Shown here: positions 61,112 through 64,000 of the stretch, one piece after another
Numbering within the stretch: the first letter of the stretch is position 1
How the letters are laid out: each line of letters starts with the position of its first letter
Origin: a virus
Lineage: Duplodnaviria > Caudoviricetes
Strand: one strand, 5' to 3'
IMG/VR virus record: IMGVR_UViG_2563367078_000003
Location: 1-64,000 of that record
Length of the DNA: 64,000 bases
Notes under the pieces: model-generated
What the model was told of the DNA's origin: nothing
Databases searched by the model: none
What the model saw: the letters and a program-made list of their open reading frames with translations, nothing else
Position numbers and translations under genes: made by a program

Positions 61112-61843
61112 GTGCCTAAAATGTGTGAAATCGAAGGTTGTGCAAACTCGTCGTCATGCCGGAAAATGTGTCCAGCCCACTACGCTCGGTGGCGAAGGAC
61201 CGGAGATCCGCAGCCTGAGATTCCCATAGCCACAAAGAAGCCCAGCAACGGGTCGTGCGATGTTCCAGAATGCGGACGACCGCGATCGACTGACGGTCTG
61301 TGCTCGACACACAATGAACGACTCAAACGCTATGGCGATCCTGAATTCACAGGCCCCATACGTGGGCGACGCCGGAAAGGTCTGGCACTAGCCGAGGTAT
61401 TCGCTCTTTACATGCCCGGCGAACTCCCTGCCGATGAAACGCCCTGGATATGGCAGGGGCGTGTAGACAAAGACGGATACGGGCAGCTGACTCACGAAAA
61501 CGTCGTATGGGCAGCCCACCGTGCCGCGTACACGATTTTTGTAGGACTCATCCCTGCTGGTTTGATGATTCGGCATAAAAATGACACTCCGCTTGACGTT
61601 AACCCCCTCAATCTCGAACTCGGCACTCATGCAGATAATCAACAAGACAAGATGGAGCGTGGCAGACAGCCTCTAGGCTCCGCGCATGGTCAGTCTAAAC
61701 TGACCGAGGACTCCGTTCGGGAGGCTCGGGAGCTTTACGCCACGGGGAACTATACGCAACTGGAACTAGCGCGGTTTTACGGCATTGACGATAGTACGAT
61801 GTGTGTACTGCTTCAGCGTAAAACATGGAAACATGTTGCCTAG
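61112..61843 (+). CDS. HNH homing endonuclease, antisense to late operon
   Basis: C....C.....MC..HY.RW...G repeats; W.G.....GYG; AHR; H..D....VNP..L..GT..DN; SKLTE HTH. Confidence 0.9.
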   Translation: MPKMCEIEGCANSSSCRKMCPAHYARWRRTGDPQPEIPIATKKPSNGSCDVPECGRPRSTDGLCSTHNERLKRYGDPEFTGPIRGRRRKGLALAEVFALYMPGELPADETPWIWQGRVDKDGYGQLTHENVVWAAHRAAYTIFVGLIPAGLMIRHKNDTPLDVNPLNLELGTHADNQQDKMERGRQPLGSAHGQSKLTEDSVREARELYATGNYTQLELARFYGIDDSTMCVLLQRKTWKHVA

Positions 61844-62232
61844 GTGGGCAACCCCTCCAGGCTATCCGGGTCGTAGTCCAGGCCGTCCTGCAGCGGTTTG
61901 TCGCCGTAGCCTTCGATCGCGTACCCGCATGCCGCCAGCGCCCAGGTGAAGCAGCCGTCCATGTGGTGCTGCGCGGCGTGCGGGTCTCCCAGAGGGGTGA
62001 ACGATCCAGCTCGGCGGCGAAGCGAAGTCTCTGCGGGCTGGCCGAGCCGATTGGCGTGAAAGACAAGCACTTCGGCGTTGGCGTGCTCCCGCTCGGGATG
62101 TACCACAATGGTCAGGAACCCGAAGGCGAAGCCGTTGTCGAAAATGGGTGGAGTGACTTCATAGCACCGCGCATAGCCGCCGTATCCGAGAACGTTCTCG
62201 AGGTGCAGCCGCGCGGTTTTCGTTGTAGGCAT
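61840..62232 (-). CDS. Hypothetical protein
   Basis: AAAGGA RBS, downstream of tail gene. Confidence 0.65.
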   Translation of the reverse strand: MPTTKTARLHLENVLGYGGYARCYEVTPPIFDNGFAFGFLTIVVHPEREHANAEVLVFHANRLGQPAETSLRRRAGSFTPLGDPHAAQHHMDGCFTWALAACGYAIEGYGDKPLQDGLDYDPDSLEGLPT

Positions 62233-62243
62233 TGATGTTTCCT

Positions 62244-63878
62244 TTACGGCGTGGAGATGACCCAGACCATTCCGGCGTTTCCGCCGCCGCCTCCGCCGGG
62301 AGTTTCGCCGGGAATGCAGCCGCCACCTCCGCCACCCGCGCCTCCGGGGTAGCCTCCTGAGCCGCCCTGGCCGCCTTCGCCGGATGCCGAACCAGCGCCT
62401 CCACCCCCGCCCGCTGCGGGCCCGTAGGAGCCTGTGGGGAGGTTCGTGCCGTCCGAGCCGCTGAGGCCGTCTGTGGTGGCCCCGGCTCCGCCGGTCGCGT
62501 TAGCGCCGTTGCCGCCTGCTGTGCCTGGTATGGACGTCGGTGAGCCGCCGGTGCCTCCGCCTGCGTTGTAGGTCGAGGTGTTGCCGGTGCCGGGGCTTGC
62601 CGGGCCGCCTGCGTTGTAGACGCTTCCCGGGGGGCCACCGCCTGCGACAACCGAAGTGCCGTCTGTGCCGGTGAAGCTGCTTGCGGTGCCTGCGGTGCCG
62701 TCGAGGTTTATCGCGGTAATCGTGTCGATCGCAGGGCTGTGGAAATCGTTTTGAAATACCGGATAATTGCCCTCGGTGATGAAGCCGAAATGGCGGTTAC
62801 CCGCGCCGGTCGGGACGGTGCTTCCGGTGTCGGTCCAGGTGCAGACGGTGACTCCGTTGATTTTCCCGGTGAACACATTTCCGCGCCGGGTGAGCGAGAT
62901 CGTCTGGCCGTGCGCCACGCTGGTGGACGATTGAGCGACGACCGTCTGACCCGACAGCGTGCCCTCGGCCGAATACGGGCTGACCGGTGCATTGACCTGC
63001 GTCATCATTCCCGATCCCGAGCCGGTAGATGCTCCGAACACCACGATTTTCGAGCTGGAGGAGTACGTCGTCGGCGCGGGGAAATATACGCAGGTGACGT
63101 TGTCGGTGGCTTCGGGGATCGACGGTGCGACGACAACAGCTTCGATAGTGACGTCGTCGCACAACATTTCGCCGCCGACGTAGGTTGCCCACTGCCCGTT
63201 CTCGCCCGCGCCACCGGAATCGGTTCTGGCTTCGGCGGTGTTGCTGATGATCTGCGGCGAGTTGCTGCCCGAGTCGATTCGCCAGTTGGCGCCGAGGCTG
63301 GTCGAGTTCGCGCGGCCGAAGTCGTCGTAGTAGTAGGCGTACGCGCCAATCCCTTGGATGCCGATTGTGACGGCGTAGCTGGACAGGGACAGGTCGGAGT
63401 CGTTGAATGTCGTTTCCTGCCACCCGCCCATTCCGCCGCCCTGACCGCCGTATTCGGGCCCGGAATCCTCTCCGCCCATTCCGCCGCCACTGCCAGCGAT
63501 GCAGATCACTTTGTGCGTCGAATAGCCGGTCGGTTTGTGCCAGACATCGTTGACGTAATAGACCGCGATCAACTGCCCGTTTTCGAGCTTGGTGATCCTG
63601 TTTTCGTGATTGGCGAGGGTGAGCGATGACGAGGTCAGGTGTGTGGCGTTATCGGCGATCGGCTGGAGAACATTCGATTGGTGCACGTTCTGCGCGTTGG
63701 TGAACGACGCGATCGGCGTGCCTTTCAGCATGTTCTGAATCGTGGTTGTCGTCCAGTCGCTTTGAACGCCTTTCACGCCCGCTGTCTGGCCGTTCGAGGA
63801 TTGCGTGCCGTAGTTGGCTTCCGGGCCGTAAGCGAAAATGTAGTCGCCGAGCGGCGCGCCTTGATCAGGAGCTGTCAC
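62244..63878 (-). CDS. Minor tail protein, glycine-rich with lectin-like insert
   Basis: W.KP......V..I.G.GGG; DDF.RAN..LG.NW domain; GG.PGG.GGGGG...G.V.V. Confidence 0.85.
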   Translation of the reverse strand: MTAPDQGAPLGDYIFAYGPEANYGTQSSNGQTAGVKGVQSDWTTTTIQNMLKGTPIASFTNAQNVHQSNVLQPIADNATHLTSSSLTLANHENRITKLENGQLIAVYYVNDVWHKPTGYSTHKVICIAGSGGGMGGEDSGPEYGGQGGGMGGWQETTFNDSDLSLSSYAVTIGIQGIGAYAYYYDDFGRANSTSLGANWRIDSGSNSPQIISNTAEARTDSGGAGENGQWATYVGGEMLCDDVTIEAVVVAPSIPEATDNVTCVYFPAPTTYSSSSKIVVFGASTGSGSGMMTQVNAPVSPYSAEGTLSGQTVVAQSSTSVAHGQTISLTRRGNVFTGKINGVTVCTWTDTGSTVPTGAGNRHFGFITEGNYPVFQNDFHSPAIDTITAINLDGTAGTASSFTGTDGTSVVAGGGPPGSVYNAGGPASPGTGNTSTYNAGGGTGGSPTSIPGTAGGNGANATGGAGATTDGLSGSDGTNLPTGSYGPAAGGGGGAGSASGEGGQGGSGGYPGGAGGGGGGCIPGETPGGGGGGNAGMVWVISTP

Positions 63879-64000
63879 GCGTCACCGCCCAGGACTTCTT
63901 CGGCCGTGGTGCCTCGCTGGATCTTGACTTGCAATTCGTCCCAGGTGGTTGCTGCGGCGACGGGGCCACGGTCCGGCGGAGGGTCGGTGATATGCCCGAC
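63875..64000 (-). CDS. 3' end of upstream late gene (partial)
   Basis: Open frame to window edge; TGA overlaps tail gene GTG. Confidence 0.55.
   Translation of the reverse strand, partial: VGHITDPPPDRGPVAAATTWDELQVKIQRGTTAEEVLGGDA

Larger units (their letters stand above)
1..64000. mobile_element. Temperate actinophage/prophage (partial; head genes and right end outside window)
   Basis: Integrase+xis, repressor switch, replication and nucleotide-metabolism genes, lysis cassette, minor tail gene, dense overlapping small ORFs. Confidence 0.95.

Overview
The window is about 64 kb of a temperate, GC-rich actinobacteriophage or prophage; gene families suggest a Nocardia-like Mycobacteriales host (inference). 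From left to right it holds: a tyrosine integrase and excisionase; a long leftward early/middle operon; a central immunity switch with an XRE/DUF5753-DUF397 module; a rightward accessory region ending in a REase-fold toxin/immunity-like pair; and the end of the leftward late operon (minor tail gene, lysis cassette). The early operon carries ThyX with an intein, EndoVII, a Rep-like initiator, primase-helicase, dUTPase, dCMP deaminase, SSB, a Cas4-like exonuclease and WhiB. The standout feature is a phage Ro60 (TROVE+vWA) gene preceded on the same strand by an unannotated tandem array of 5-6 Y-RNA-like genes (5415-6260). These share one Ro-binding stem but carry different payloads: two full circularly permuted tRNA mimics, one lacking the D arm, and two with no tRNA domain. 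A 36-aa hydrophobic ORF is embedded in the array. The same phage encodes a near-complete RNA end-healing and sealing kit (Pnkp, Rnl1, Thg1-like, Pol-beta nucleotidyltransferases, cyclic-phosphate receiver domain). All calls come from reading motifs by eye, with no database searches, and many small hypothetical genes are grouped or omitted.
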